This document shows, piece after piece, positions 36,201 through 48,829 of a stretch of 64,000 bases of DNA. The position numbers and the translations under genes were made by a program. The stretch's first letter is position 1. The number at the start of each line of letters is the position of its first letter. The notes under the pieces were generated by a model, which had not been told where the DNA came from, did not search any database, and saw only the letters and a program-made list of their open reading frames with translations. Source of the stretch: Lineus longissimus (taxonomy: Eukaryota); NCBI RefSeq assembly GCF_910592395.1, contig NC_088308.1, positions 1,922,001-1,986,000 of the forward strand, written 5' to 3'.

Positions 36201-39200
36201 GAGTTCAAGCTTGAGTGGTTTTCTTCAAAACTCACTTGCAAGAAGTGCAATCCCCTTTTCGTCTGAAACCATATTCCTCTTACTATTTTACTTCTCATGG
36301 ATCATGCTACATTACAAGGCTCATTACATCAACTACTTTTGCTTCTTTACCCCCTATTCAATGAACTGGAGTGGGAAAACCTCACCTCCTGAGTATGCAA
36401 GTGATGCTGGGGTAGCAAGCCCTCCTCTCTCTCTGCAGTCCGCCTCCGCACACCATACTCCAGGCAAGTCTGATGACTTCTCATCCACCGCCGATGGAGG
36501 CTGTTATAGCTATTGGAATTAATACTTGATGAGCTGCTAGGGGACGGAAAAGGGTTTGGAAAGCTGCCACTGGAACAAACTGAAAGAAAAAACATAAGGT
36601 CATATTTCAGAAGAGGCCATCAGAGTCAGTGGGTGTTTGAGGAGGACTGGAGCAAGCCAGTCGATGCTGCTAAAGAGCAGAACCATTACTTTTAGAAAGA
36701 AACTTACATGATGTGGATAGACCGCTGTCATCCTGATAGTTATGAGTCTGACTTGATGGCAAGGGGATCTCAACTGGAACACTGTTGGCTGCAAAACACA
36801 AGCAAAAACATCAACAATTTGGAAGAGTTGTTGAAACAAATAATCAAGAACACTGAACAGTGGGCTGAAATCAGAATCACAAACCAAATAGTTTGCAGAA
36901 AAAGTATAACACGATACACTTTCTGAAGCACCTTTGCCTTCTTTTAGGACCAAAGAAAAAAGATGGAGATGTTTTATAAAAATCAGAATCTTTGTACCTA
37001 CCCAAACTGAACGAACTCATGGTGCCAGAGTTTGTTCTTTCACGGCAGTAGATCTGTTTTCCTGGTGTCAGATCACCCAGCGAACTCTGGAGGCTGTAGG
37101 AGTCATAGTTCTCCATTTCCCTGAAGACAAATGGAGAAATTTTATGGAAGGAAATTTGGTGGATTTAATAGCAGCATAGCGACTCTAAACATCAACAGCC
37201 TAAATTTGTAATTTCAATTACGAGTTTGCCATTTTTTCAGATGAAAGCTAAAATTTTTACCTTAATTGCAGAGTCAGAATTAGCCTCCACGTGCTGCTGA
37301 TATACAGTATACAAGAAAAGGACTGATTATTTTTTAGAATCTTACCAGGATGTTCCTCTATTTTTCGAATTTGCTTCAAACACATGGGTGAACATAAGCT
37401 GGGGTGGACATCGGAACTGGTGCACCTTCAGTGATGACCCCCGATATGACAAGCAGGCGGATCCAAATATCATCTCCCCCAACATTTTGGTATCTGATCC
37501 AACTCTTGAATACTGAAAAACAAACAACAGAGAATCTATGAGTATAGTATTGATGACGATATTTTACATCTCTTGGTTCCCTATTTGAATCATTTCAACT
37601 GATATTTTACCATCACGATTCCAAGTTGATCTGTCGAGACAACCTTGTGTATCTATGATCTGCAGCTGTAGGGTGGATTTAGGAAATTTCTCAAACCTGA
37701 TATTTCCCCGATATTTTTGGTGATTGTGAGGGTGATGTGGTAGGCTTTTCAACATTTGGTTGAGATGGGGTCTGTTTCTGTCCATAACCTCTGGTGTGGC
37801 AGTTATCACTCTTCTTATTCTCACTCCTCTTGTTTTCACCCTGAAAAGACATTTTTGTAGAACGATGAGAATTTTGTTTGCACGGCAGTGTTGCTCGTTG
37901 GGCATGATCACCATTATGGACAGCGTGCAATGAAGAACATGGTCATTATACAACTCTAGAGAGCTATTTTCTCAGCTCCAGTCACATTAAAAACTACCCA
38001 GAAGTCATTGTTTGAAGACTAACCTTATCAGCAGCGGGGTGTCTAAAATGTTCTCCAAATTATTATCAAATTTCTTACTATGTCGTTGTCATCCCCGCAT
38101 CATTAAATAGTTTTGTCCATGCTAGAATTTAGAATTGAGTGGGCCCTTGTGTTGTTGAAATCTACATCTGCCATGCATGTTTGTATGCAGGAATGTTTTC
38201 ATCCATTCCACCATAAATATTTAAATAACTCAATGGCAGGAAACTGTAGAAAGTTAGTCAATAGATCAATTGAAAGAACTTCCATCTTTGCATTGCATCA
38301 ATGATATCCGCTGGCCTAGATCCGGCACAGTGAAAATCAGCTGACAGGCAGTCATGTGTCATATTTACATATTAGTAATTTAAAAAATTAGGTCAAGGTA
38401 TGAGACAAAAGTACTACAAAATGTCATTTTCTGACATATTGCTTCAGTAAAAAATCATCAACCTTATTTTCAAGTTATAGCAAGACTGCATTTTTCATTT
38501 CATTTTATGCTCAATCACAGATCTTTGCTCAAAGGTTTTAGGCAATTGTGTATCATGGGGTGACAGATGGGAATCATCTGAGAATCCATGTGATCACAAC
38601 AATCATGAATTGAATTAGAAATACAATGTATGAAGGCGGACACATTTGTCAAATTCAACTGCCAACTCACTCAAAGTGGGACAGGTCAATGTCGATTTTT
38701 TAGATTTTAATGTGCACTGCTTCCTGTAAGTGTAAGACTCAAATGTGGATCATCATAAACTTGTGACCACAGAGCGGCCTGAATGATGACTCAGCTGACC
38801 AGTCATAGAGTACAACACGAAAAACAGTCTGGATGGTTGGCCTTGTACATGTCATGTCAATGTTATGCCTCTACCACATAATTATACACCATACAAGACA
38901 AGAACAAGACAATCAAAAACATGATTACATGTGGTAGGGCCTACAGTTAAAAAATTCTGAACTGCCCAATTTACAGAGCAGTTCATTTTGCAGCGGCACC
39001 AGGGAGGCACATGCCCTCTTGAAAGAATCTAGGCACCTACTAGGCCACTTGATCAAAATGATTATCTGAAGTACTTTTTAGTCTAATTGATGGGAGGAAA
39101 TATTCACAGTCAGATTTGGTTGGGTGTAAGAACTATTCTAGATTATTTACTATTCCTCAATGAACCTGCACTGTAAAAATATTTTTGGGGCGGTTCAGCA

Positions 39201-42086
39201 CGAAACTGGGAGGAAGACAAGCGATGAAGGATGCATCCCAAGGGGAGAGTGGGGGGAGGTTAGGGGAGACACCTGAGTGAGAATAACATCGAGTTGAAAG
39301 ATTTTGGTCAGCCAGTTGGAGCAAGGAGGCCGGACCTGCGTTTGGCAACTGTGCTCATAACTGGAAAACAAGTCTGAATCTTTGTCAGCCATCTTACCTC
39401 GAATTCCTCCACCTTCTTGATAGCCTTGGAATCGAACAGGATATTTCGACCCCTGATGTCATGGTCCTTGAACACAACAAGGCGGATCTGACTCTTCTTA
39501 AAATCTGGAGCATTCCAACTGAAAAGAAATAAATTGGTTGAAGAAATTACTTCCCCTTGTTCTCCTCTTGATGTCAATGAAAGTAGTGTTTGTTTTTGCA
39601 TTTATTATTTTTGCCACAGTAAAAAAATAGTCCTGGAATATCAATCACTAAAGACCATGAGTTGACAGACAAAACATTGAATTCAAATTAAGAAATTGGG
39701 CAAATTTCAATATATCTCAGACATTTGAAGCTTGAAACCTTCATACTAATACTGTCTGACACTGACAGCTTCATGGCTGAAATCAAATCATGACACTGAC
39801 AGTGAAATTACTTCTCATTCGTGCAGTTATTTCTTTAGGAGTTACATCATGACATGTTTGAAGTCACATATCACATGCCCTTTCCTTGGAAAGCATGATT
39901 GTTTTCATTGGATTGGAAAAGTGACTTTTTGAACCAAGTATAGAAATCAAAAGAGGAAGAGGAAAGCGACATAAATCACAACAGTCAACTGACTGTGCAT
40001 TTCTTTTTAAAACTTAACTCTGTCATTTGGTTCATCATATGATTATAGGCCTAAGAGCAAGACAACAAATATGAAGTCCTGATTGCCAAAGATTTGAAAT
40101 CACCACGGTCTTGATAATATTTCCTTGGCAAAGGGACGTCTTCGACTAAAGTAAAGGCATGTTGTGTCTCCACTTTAGCTTTGCTCAATGTTATGACACA
40201 TTCTTGAATAAGCCAATTTGAAGCAAGATTTCCACAGGCACTTGACTTGCCAATACATTTCAATAGTTCTACCGTATTGAAAAACAATGCGTTACCTGCT
40301 GTTTTATCAAACAAAGCCTGTTGCCAGAGAGTAAATCACTACAGGAAAATCACAAAATCACTTAATGTCATGAGAGAAACTTTTCTTTCCGAACCCCTTT
40401 TCCCTCCTCCAAATGATAAAAAAACTGATGTATGGCATCACAACATTTTATTTGGATACCAGAAGTTTGAAAAATATCCAAAGCTTTGGTAGGGAAATGG
40501 CCAACGACAATGACAAGACCAAGAATACATGCACTATATAACACTGACATTCAGTAGACAGAACAAATTTCTGATTATTTGTTAAAAACTTGTATTACAT
40601 GTTCATGTACTACTACAAGACATGTTCTTGTACTACTACAAGAGATATAGCAGTCATTTGAAAAAAGGGCATGTTTGACATTCTTTCATGTACATGTACA
40701 TGTATTGGCTGCATTTCCTCAAAAGGAAGGACCGACCCGTACACTTTTAGAGACTATCTGCTGTAAAAGCTTACCTATCACTACATAACTCTACAAGAAG
40801 ATCAGCCATCCTCAAGACATTCCTCACTGTCTCTAAAGAATCAGATTTTTATGTCCATTCAATGAATTTTAGAATAGAAGAAGGCAATAAACTTCATTTT
40901 CCAAACACGTTAACTGAACTCTTAAAAAGGTCAGCACAACATGTCGTGACCAGAAACTCAACCACCACATCAAGAAGGAAGCAGAGTATCCAAATCATTC
41001 CCCATTTTTTGTCACCCAACGATATCCTGGATTCAACTTTATTCACATCTGCACTCCAGTTGCCATTCCGAGGGAGTGAAATTAAAATTGCCATGTTGCA
41101 TGTGCACTAATTGTACAGTATTCAGGTCATATGACTGGACCTATTATACTGAGGTGCGGAAACATGTGACTACAGAAGACTACACCAGACAATTATGAGA
41201 ATGCTCTTTGTTTGATTGCATTCAGCTGACAGTATGAATGAGCCAATTACTTATGACGTTTTAAGTGCAATTGGATTTGTTACTCACTATTGCTGCTCAC
41301 TAAAGGATGTCCTGATGAAGCGCGTGTTCATACTCAGACCGACTCAGGGTCACTGAAAATGACTAGGAGTAGAACATGGTCTGACTGAAGCATTTTGTTC
41401 CCTTGCAACTCGAGCTTTCAGTTCATGATTTTGGCCTCACCCTTATCAATTGAGCCTTCATTTTGGCACAGAAATTTTGTTAAAAAAGTTGCATCGATAC
41501 GTTTTTTCATTCAATGAAGCTGTTTTCTATTCCTTTTTGTGTGCCACACCATAATGGCATAAGGCCTACAGATTATGATTATGATAGGGGCCTTCTGATC
41601 ATTGACAATTACTGCGCGTACTATGTCTATACTATAGTCTAATCTAGTATTAAGTAGGCCTATCCCGGAAAGACCCTGGCCGGGCCATCTTCTTCCTCTC
41701 CTTTTTTCTGCACTGTGCATGTCAGTATTGATGGCTATATGAGAATGATGATGTTGCAGCCACAATAGTCAATACACGTGGGCCTATATGTTGATCAATT
41801 AAATGATGGGGAAGCAGTATCATGCATTACATACACTGCATTAATGATAGAAAATGCATGATGTCAGTTGTCACACTGTCACTGTCGACACTACACTGGT
41901 CTGACTGGACTGTCACTGACACTGAGACAGTCAGTGGCCCAGACCCAGTGCATATCATCATTAATCCGCGAAATCCTTCATTAAATCGAATGCTTACTCA
42001 GTTGCAGCTATATTCTTTGGCCATTTACATGGTCCAGGCTGTCTTTGATTTTTCCTACTTTGAAATAAACGGGAAATTAGAGCCAT
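30270..42086 (-). CDS. FNIP1: Folliculin-interacting protein (FNIP1/FNIP2 orthologue), ~1236 aa, 16 coding exons
   Basis: Phase-consistent exons 42086-41998, 39518-39398, 37840-37697, 37512-37346, 37120-37002, 36788-36708, 36579-36386, 36026-35935, 35008-34888, 34567-34395, 34148-34031, 33854-32131, 31704-31474, 31278-31137, 30712-30597, 30348-30270. Motifs [93 protein letters not shown]1 versus FNIP2 cannot be resolved for an invertebrate gene. Confidence 0.93.
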
Positions 42087-42259
42087 TTTTGACCAGACTG
42101 AATTATTTCTGCTTCTCCATTTTCAATCACATGCATTATCACATGATCACATGATGATTGCTTGCCTTGAAGCCAACGTAAAGACCTTCGTGATTGGTCT
42201 GAACTTACTTCCGTGTTTGGGTGTTGTAATCATGTGACCAAACAAAACCACGTGCTCAA

Positions 42260-42868
42260 GTCTCGTTAGTGAGTTTTTCCCGAATGTACGCGATGATGAC
42301 GTGCCCTTTAACAGGATGTAACATTTTTTTAAATGCGTTTCCAAAGTGATTGCATGAGGACAACCCATTTGTATCGTATATCACTGGAAACGCCCGATTC
42401 CCCTGATTCTACAGGATGTAAAATCGGGCATTTTATTTGTTTAAATAAATCATGAGCGTCGCATTTGCTCCTAGCTCTCTTGACCATCCCAAATGGCAAT
42501 ATTGCCAATTGGGTCGGACAATCACGGAAAACCCCAAATAGTATACATTTCTTCGTGAATAATTCTTACAATGACCATTCTCCCGCGAAAGATAGTTGCT
42601 TACGCTAAACAAAAATAAAAAAAATCGGGGGTCAACCATTGAACTTTTGAGATATGTTGAATTTTGCGCAAATCAGCGAAAAAAGCACCAACTGGCACTG
42701 GACGGCTTTTCAACACGTGACCGACGCACACCCCAAGTCAGTGTACACATACGTCGGCAACAACAGAAAAATGCGTAGTTTCTTGTTAGCCACCTATTTA
42801 CAACACGTCTTTGCCAAAACAACTGCTAAATCAACACTGGCATACTGTGAGGACTCCCTAATGAGACC
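42260..42868 (+). mobile_element. Third copy of the ~700-bp TIR element (internally deleted), just upstream of FNIP
   Basis: gtctcgttagtgagtttttcccgaatgtacgcgatgatgacg ... actccctaatgagacc; colinear with 5420-6130. Confidence 0.8.
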
Positions 42869-43029
42869 TCAGGAACAGATTGTTTACAGCTGGTAAGACC
42901 ACATTCACTGATCTACTTGGGGAATGAGACAAAACATAGATGACCAGTCACATCCATCTCATCGGACCTTTAGGAAAAGTGTTCCATTTTCAATATGAAT
43001 GGATGCACAATTCGACATGGTTAGCCTAC

Positions 43030-43120
43030 TGATAATTAGGGCTAGAGCTAGGCCTAGAGACTGGTCACATCCACATGCTGAATAGGGCAAGAGCTTTAGA
43101 GACCAGTCACATCCACCTCA
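43030..43120 (+). repeat. ~41-bp minisatellite, left part (resumes at 45600-45880)
   Basis: agagctttagagaccagtcacatccacatg(c/a)tgaatagg units on both sides of the 43120-45600 block. Confidence 0.7.
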
Positions 43121-43533
43121 CCAGGCCGAATCAGTCCTGGCTGCTCCACCGTGTTGACAACATGATGAGAGTGATGAGACAGTCACAGCCAGGGCGCATC
43201 AATCTTCGCCGCACTGCCTAGTTGTTAATATGGCGAGAGAGATGAGACAATCACAGCCAGGCCAAATCAGTCTCGGCTGCTCTGCCAAGTTGTCTACATG
43301 GTGAAAGAGATGAGAGACAGTCACAGCCAGGCCAAATCAGTCTTGGCTGCTCTGCCAAGTTGTTAATATGGTGAGAGAGATGAGACGGTCACAGCCAGGC
43401 CAAATTAGTCTTGGCTGCTCTGCCAAGTTGTCAACATGGTGAGAGAGATGAGGAAGTCACAGCCAGGCCGAATCAGTCCTGGCTGCTCCACCGTGTTGAC
43501 AACATGATGAGAGAGATGAGATAGTCACAGCCA
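43120..43533 (-). repeat. 68-bp satellite array (~6 units, reverse orientation)
   Basis: Reverse complement of the 7370-9655 unit (gtcacagccaggccaaatcagtcttggctgctctgccaagttgtc). Confidence 0.9.
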
Positions 43534-43720
43534 CAGTACTTCGATCGTTTCTCCTCCGCACGTGCTAGGACGTGTCTGTCGGAGCTGACAGCTATCTCGA
43601 TGATTAGGACCTCCTTTTCCTTCTCATAGAAGACGAGCATGTCGGGGTGCCGGTGTTTTATAGCCGGGCCCGTGGGGACTTGCGAGTCCCAGAGCAATCT
43701 CAGCTTCTTTCCAGAGTACG
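43534..43720 (-). mobile_element. Fragment of an RLE-type (R2/R4-group) non-LTR retrotransposon, restriction-like endonuclease domain
   Basis: Translation KLRLLWDSQVPTGPAIKHRHPDMLVFYEKEKEVLIIEIAVSSDRHVLARAEEKRSKY fits the (R/H)PD...(D/E)...EK..KY endonuclease motif. Confidence 0.7.
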
Positions 43721-43952
43721 AGTGGTCATTGGAACCGGCTTCTCAAGACCACATACCGATGGTATCCATCAATATGTGTCTCCTTGACTGATGTAAACAG
43801 TACCGGTACCATTATATAGAGATGTAGGGGCATGCAATTGGAGGATAGGTCATGCCCCAGACATCAACAATCGGTGATCCTCAATATTGGTCACCATGGC
43901 ATGCATGCATGCATATCTTAGAATAAATTAACTATGTTGCATATACATGGCT

Positions 43953-45590
43953 GTATACAGTAATTGTAAGGTAAAGAAAAGCTCGGTCTCTAAAGTCTGG
44001 AGGTCCGGAGTCCGTAGTGTGGCGGTCACGAGAGTGGTTTATCCATACGGATAGATCGAGAGGGCGGTTTGGGGTTCCGCCGACGGTGCTCGCATGCATT
44101 GGTCGTATCCCCGAAACCTTTACAACGACAACAAATCTGGTGGCATCCATGACGGTATAGGAATTGACGATGAAGTTACAAAAAATCTGGTAGCATCCAA
44201 TGACGGTATAGGAATTGACGGTGAAGGATCTCGTGGCATATCGGATGCGCATCCGAAGACGGTAAGGGAATTGACGGTGAAGGATCTCGTGGCATATCAG
44301 ATGCGCATCCGATGACGGTAAAGAAATTGACGGTAAAGGATCTCGTGGCATATCGGATGCGCATCCGAAGACGGTAAGGGAATTGACGGTGAAGGATCTC
44401 GTGGCATATCGGATCCGAAGACGGTAAGGGAATTGACGGTGAAGGATCTCGTGGCATATCGGATGCGCATCCGAAGACGGTAAGGGAATTGACGGTAAAG
44501 GATCTCGTGGCATATCGGATGCGCATCCGATGACGGTTTTATATACATATATATATATTATATAAATTTTAGTTTTACACTATTATGTAAGTGCAAGCTC
44601 TAGTGAGCTCACACAACTGTTTGACAGTCCTGGCTCCTCCATCGTGCTGACAACATGATGAGAGAGATGAGACAGTCACAGCCAGGCAAAAAAAGTCTTG
44701 GCTGCTCTGCCAAGTTGTCAACATGGTGAGAGAGATGAGGAAGTCACAGCCAGGCCGAATCAGTCCTGGCTGCTCCACCGTGTTGACAACATGATGCGTG
44801 TGATGAGACAGTCACAGCCAGGCCGCATCAATCTTCGCCGCACTGCCTAGTTGTTAATAAGGCGAGAGAGATGAGGCAGTCACAGCAAGGCCGAATCAGT
44901 TCTGGCTGCTCCACCGTGTTGACAATAGTTATGGTGAAAGAGATGAGACAGTCACAGCCAGGCCAAATCAGTCTTGGCTGCTCTGCCAAGTTGTCAACAT
45001 GGTGAGAGAGATGAGGCAGTCACAGCAAGGCCGAATCAGTCCTGGCTGCTCCACCGTGTTGACAACATGATGAGAGAGATGAGGAAGTCACAGCCAGGCC
45101 GAATCAATCCTGGCTGCTCCACCGTGCTGACAACATGATGAGAGAGGTGAGGAAGTCACAGCCAGGCCGAATCAATCCTGGCTGCTCCACCGTACTGACA
45201 ACATGATGCGAGTGATGAGACAGTCACAGCCAGGCCACATCAATCTTCGCCGCACTGTCTAGTTGTTAATATGGCGAGAGAGATGAGACAGTCACAGCCA
45301 GGCCGAATCAGTTCTGGCTGCTCCACCGTGTTGACAATAATTATGGTGAGAGAGATGAGACAGATGGTGAGAGAGATGAGACAGTCACAGCCAGGCCAAA
45401 TCAGTCAGCTGCTCTGCCAAGTTGTCAACATGGTGAGAGAGATGAGGCAGTCACAGCAAGGCCGAATCAGTCCTGGCTGCTCCACCGTGTTGACAACATG
45501 ATGAGAGAGATGAGGAAGTCACAGCCAGGCCGAATCAATCCTGGCTGCTCCACCGTGTTGACAACATGATGAGAGAGATGAGGAAGTCAC
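43953..45590 (-). mobile_element. Inverted second copy of the composite element: unique tail + 56-bp palindromic repeats + (TA)n + linker + 68-bp satellite (~14 units)
   Basis: Near-identical reverse complement of ~9000-10341, including the linker aaacagttgtgtgagctcactagagcttgcacttacataatagtgtaaaact and the short third 56-bp unit. Confidence 0.85.
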
Positions 45591-45599
45591 AATATATAT

Positions 45600-45880
45600 A
45601 ATTAGAGCTAGAGCTTTAGAGACTAGTCACATCCACTTGATGAATAGGACAATAGCTTTAGAGACCAGTCACGTCTACAGTACCTTATAAATAGGACTAA
45701 AGCTTTAGACCAGTCACATCCACAAGATGAATAGGACAAGAGCTTTAGAGACCAGTCACATTAATCTGATAAGTAGAGCTAGAGCTTTAGAGATCAGTTA
45801 CATCCACATGATGAATAGGACATGGAGCTTTAGAGACCAGTTACATCCACCTGATTAATAGGGCTATAGAGCTCTAGATT
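45600..45880 (+). repeat. ~41-bp minisatellite, right part (~7 units)
   Basis: Repeated agagctttagagaccagtcacatccac...gatgaataggac. Confidence 0.8.
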
Positions 45881-45917
45881 ATCACAGTTTCATCGAATAG
45901 AGGTATGAGACGGCTAA

Positions 45918-47415
45918 CTCTTTCAGCCCTAGCCGATTTTGACGCAACAAACAACTCCCAGATCCTAGCCGATTTTCAGGAAAAATCGGGATTTCAGAAT
46001 TTTATTTAAAAAAACTACTACCCCTACCAATGTCTTGATCACCACGTTACAGTGATATATAGATAATAGTTAGCAATGAATTTGTATATTTTTCTGAGTC
46101 TCCACAATTTTGCCTTTTTTTGAGTTCGAAATTTTTCCAAAGAATTGGCAGCAGCAACTTTTATTGCAATAAAAGAATATTTCCTTTAAAAAATGCTTGA
46201 ATAATTCTTTATAAACTGATAGAGTATTTCTTAATATATCGTATGTATATAGCTCGGTGATTTTATTGAAAATGTTTGCAGTTGATTTTAATGTTTGAAT
46301 GGTTTAAAAACAAACTTTTTAGAAGCGAGGTCAACAGGGTCAAAAGAAATAGTTTTTGGCGCCAATGATGTCGGCAATGGCAGATTTGAATTAAGATTCG
46401 AGTCGATTCTTTTGGAAGCCAAAAGTGCGGATGCACAGGGCAATTGCATTTAGAAAGCTCCGCCGACTGATAGTCAAACCATTCCCTGGAGTGCTCGAAA
46501 ACCTGGAATCAGTGTGTACTTCAGCTTGAAAAGTCCGCGGGTGAAGGTGTTTTCTTCATGATAATATTGATAATGATAATAATGATGATGGTTTAAGAGC
46601 GCTGGCGGATCCAGGAACTGGAAGAAGAGGGAGCGTGCACTTCATTTCTCATCAAAATTGCTGCACTACAGGTGGGTTCCAAAATTTCATGGTCAATTTC
46701 AAAGATTCTATAACAATCAGGGGGCGTGCCTCTGGTGCACCCCCTTGGATACGCGCCTGATAAACGTTCATGGATGAAAAATAGAAGAAAGCTTTAAAAA
46801 AAGACGAAATATAAGATTTGTCAGGGTTTTAATCTAATTCGAATCCGCGCCTGATAAACGTTCATGGATGAAACATGGAAAGAAGACCTTTTAAAAAAAT
46901 GAAGAAATGCATTCGCCGGGGTTCGAACCCGTGACCACCCAATCTAAAGCGCAGCGCTCTAACCGCTGAGCTATCAGGGCGTTCATATTAACGTGATATT
47001 TTCGGCAATCTGAAGACAGGGTACGCGCCATGATTGTGCATTTGTGGCTAGGTCACGCTGGCGGAAGAGTAATTGGGTACAAATACATGTACTAATAATA
47101 GAGAGCCAGTATAGAATACAAAGAAACAATGTCCAAAACGATTCCGAATGATATAAACAATAATGGAATGAAAAAAAAGGAAAAATTGGTGGAAAAAATG
47201 GTTACGACTGTCACGAAATCAGATTCAACACCCACGCCCCCCTGTGGACCCAAAACTAACCAAATAGGGTGGCAACCTGTAGATGGCTCCCCAATCGCAA
47301 TTGAGATAGTCAATGATCAACGAGAAACTGGTTTCGGCGTCATCGTGTATATGCGGTAGCAGGATCTGGGAAATGTTATGAAATCCGTGTATACACGGTC
47401 ATAGGGCTGAAAGAG
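45918..47415. mobile_element. 1.5-kb non-autonomous piggyBac-like DNA transposon
   Basis: CTAA|CTCTTTCAGCCCT ... AGGGCTGAAAGAG|TTAA: perfect TIRs, TTAA on the right and CTAA on the left; termini resemble the 207-738 element; no transposase ORF. Confidence 0.7.
46908..46980 (-). pseudogene. tRNA-derived sequence (tRNA pseudogene or SINE head)
   Basis: GCCCTGATAGCTCAGCGGTTAGAGCGCTGCGCTTTAGATTGGGTGGTCACGGGTTCGAACCCCGGCGAATGCA: intact A box and B box/T-loop, but the acceptor and anticodon stems do not pair. Confidence 0.65.
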
Positions 47416-47819
47416 TTAATGCCAGTTGCATCTGATGAACTGAATTGTCTTAACAACACAAGAATTAGTATATAAATTGTTCCACTTTATTAAGAGCACC
47501 TGATACAAGTGATTTGCCAACAGATGAATATCATCAAGCATTATAAAGCTCCATATTAATGGCAATATAATATTAAATTGAAAACTGAATAAGTTGTTTC
47601 ACACCAACAGCCAGACGTTCCCGATGTTGGCTGAAATAGGTTAAATAATTCATTACTTAAATCATTATCCACAAACAACATCTGCTCTATACCCTGTAGT
47701 GTAGGCTGTATGATAAGAGGTAGCACTGTAAACTTTGAAATAACTACAGACCAGCTACAAACTTGTCATTCATAAGTAAAATTCTGGAGAAGTTGGTCGT
47801 CAAATGCCTCTAGGAATAT

Positions 47820-48420
47820 TTTGCTACCGCTTCTTGGATGAAGTTATGCAATTGGCATACAAACGTTTTCATAGTACCCAGACAGCGCTAGGGTTCAAAA
47901 TGACATCAGTGGCTGCATTTGCTTGATAGCGATTTTAGATTTATCAGCAGCAGCATTCTACAACATTGACAAGCGAATCCTGCCACACATCTTAGAAGAG
48001 TGTTTTGTGTATCCGGCACTTCCCATAAATGGTTTAACAGTTATCTGACAGACAGGAGCCAATCTCTGCGCATAGGCAACTCAGAATCCAACAGGGTGCA
48101 CGTCCCACAGGAGTCCATATTGGGTCCATACTCTTCAATGTTTACACATCTCCAACTCAGGATATCATGGACGCAATTTGTACATCAAACCAAATAATTG
48201 TGCTGATTACAAGGATTCTACACGTTCTCTGACCCCTATCTACCAGCCGTCTCTCTGGCCTTGGATTCCCTTGTCAATGCTGTCAATGACCTACGGTCTT
48301 GGTTTACCCTACACCAACTGATGTTTCATGACTCAAAAACTGAATTCATGTGTTTCGCAGCCAAGCGGCACGTTAATCTCTGTGAATTTTTCTGGTGCTA
48401 AAAGTGGGTGATACATTTCA
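47820..48420 (+). pseudogene. Degenerate reverse-transcriptase fragment of a CR1/L2-type LINE
   Basis: Frameshifted remnants: HST.TAL..QNDI, ILDLSAA, WFNSYLTDRSQ, VPQESILGP, WF...QL....SKTEF. Confidence 0.65.
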
Positions 48421-48829
48421 CTGTCAGGTTTAAGGACGAGTCTGAGACCCACTTGTTTAAATCTTTTTATAAATCACATTTATTCCTGTGCTTTCAACAA
48501 CCGTACTGTTCTATTATTCCATTCCATGCCTCAATGGTGGGAAAGGGAGGGGTCACAGCCTGCTGAACCCCTAGTCTCACAACACTTTAAAATACTTTGT
48601 TTAATCTCCGACTTAACTTTTGAATCATAAAAAGGGACAGGAGACAATGCACTCTAATTTGGGGCATCCAGTCACAGCAGTTACAAGTTCTGTATAAGCT
48701 TACTACAGGTGAGCTATTAAAAGCTGGTCATTTTTGGAAAATCGTCAGGCACTGGAGGAGTTAACTAATCGAAGTCTTCATTTATTGAAATTATGCTGCA
48801 ATATGCACATACTGTACATGTATTTTCGT

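Noticed and set aside
36011..36298. Extra FNIP exon suggested by the ORF track
   Set aside because: Exons 36579-36386 and 36026-35935 already join in phase with conserved sequence; no good splice sites for an intervening exon.
46908..46980. Functional tRNA gene
   Set aside because: Acceptor and anticodon stems cannot pair; kept only as a tRNA-derived element.
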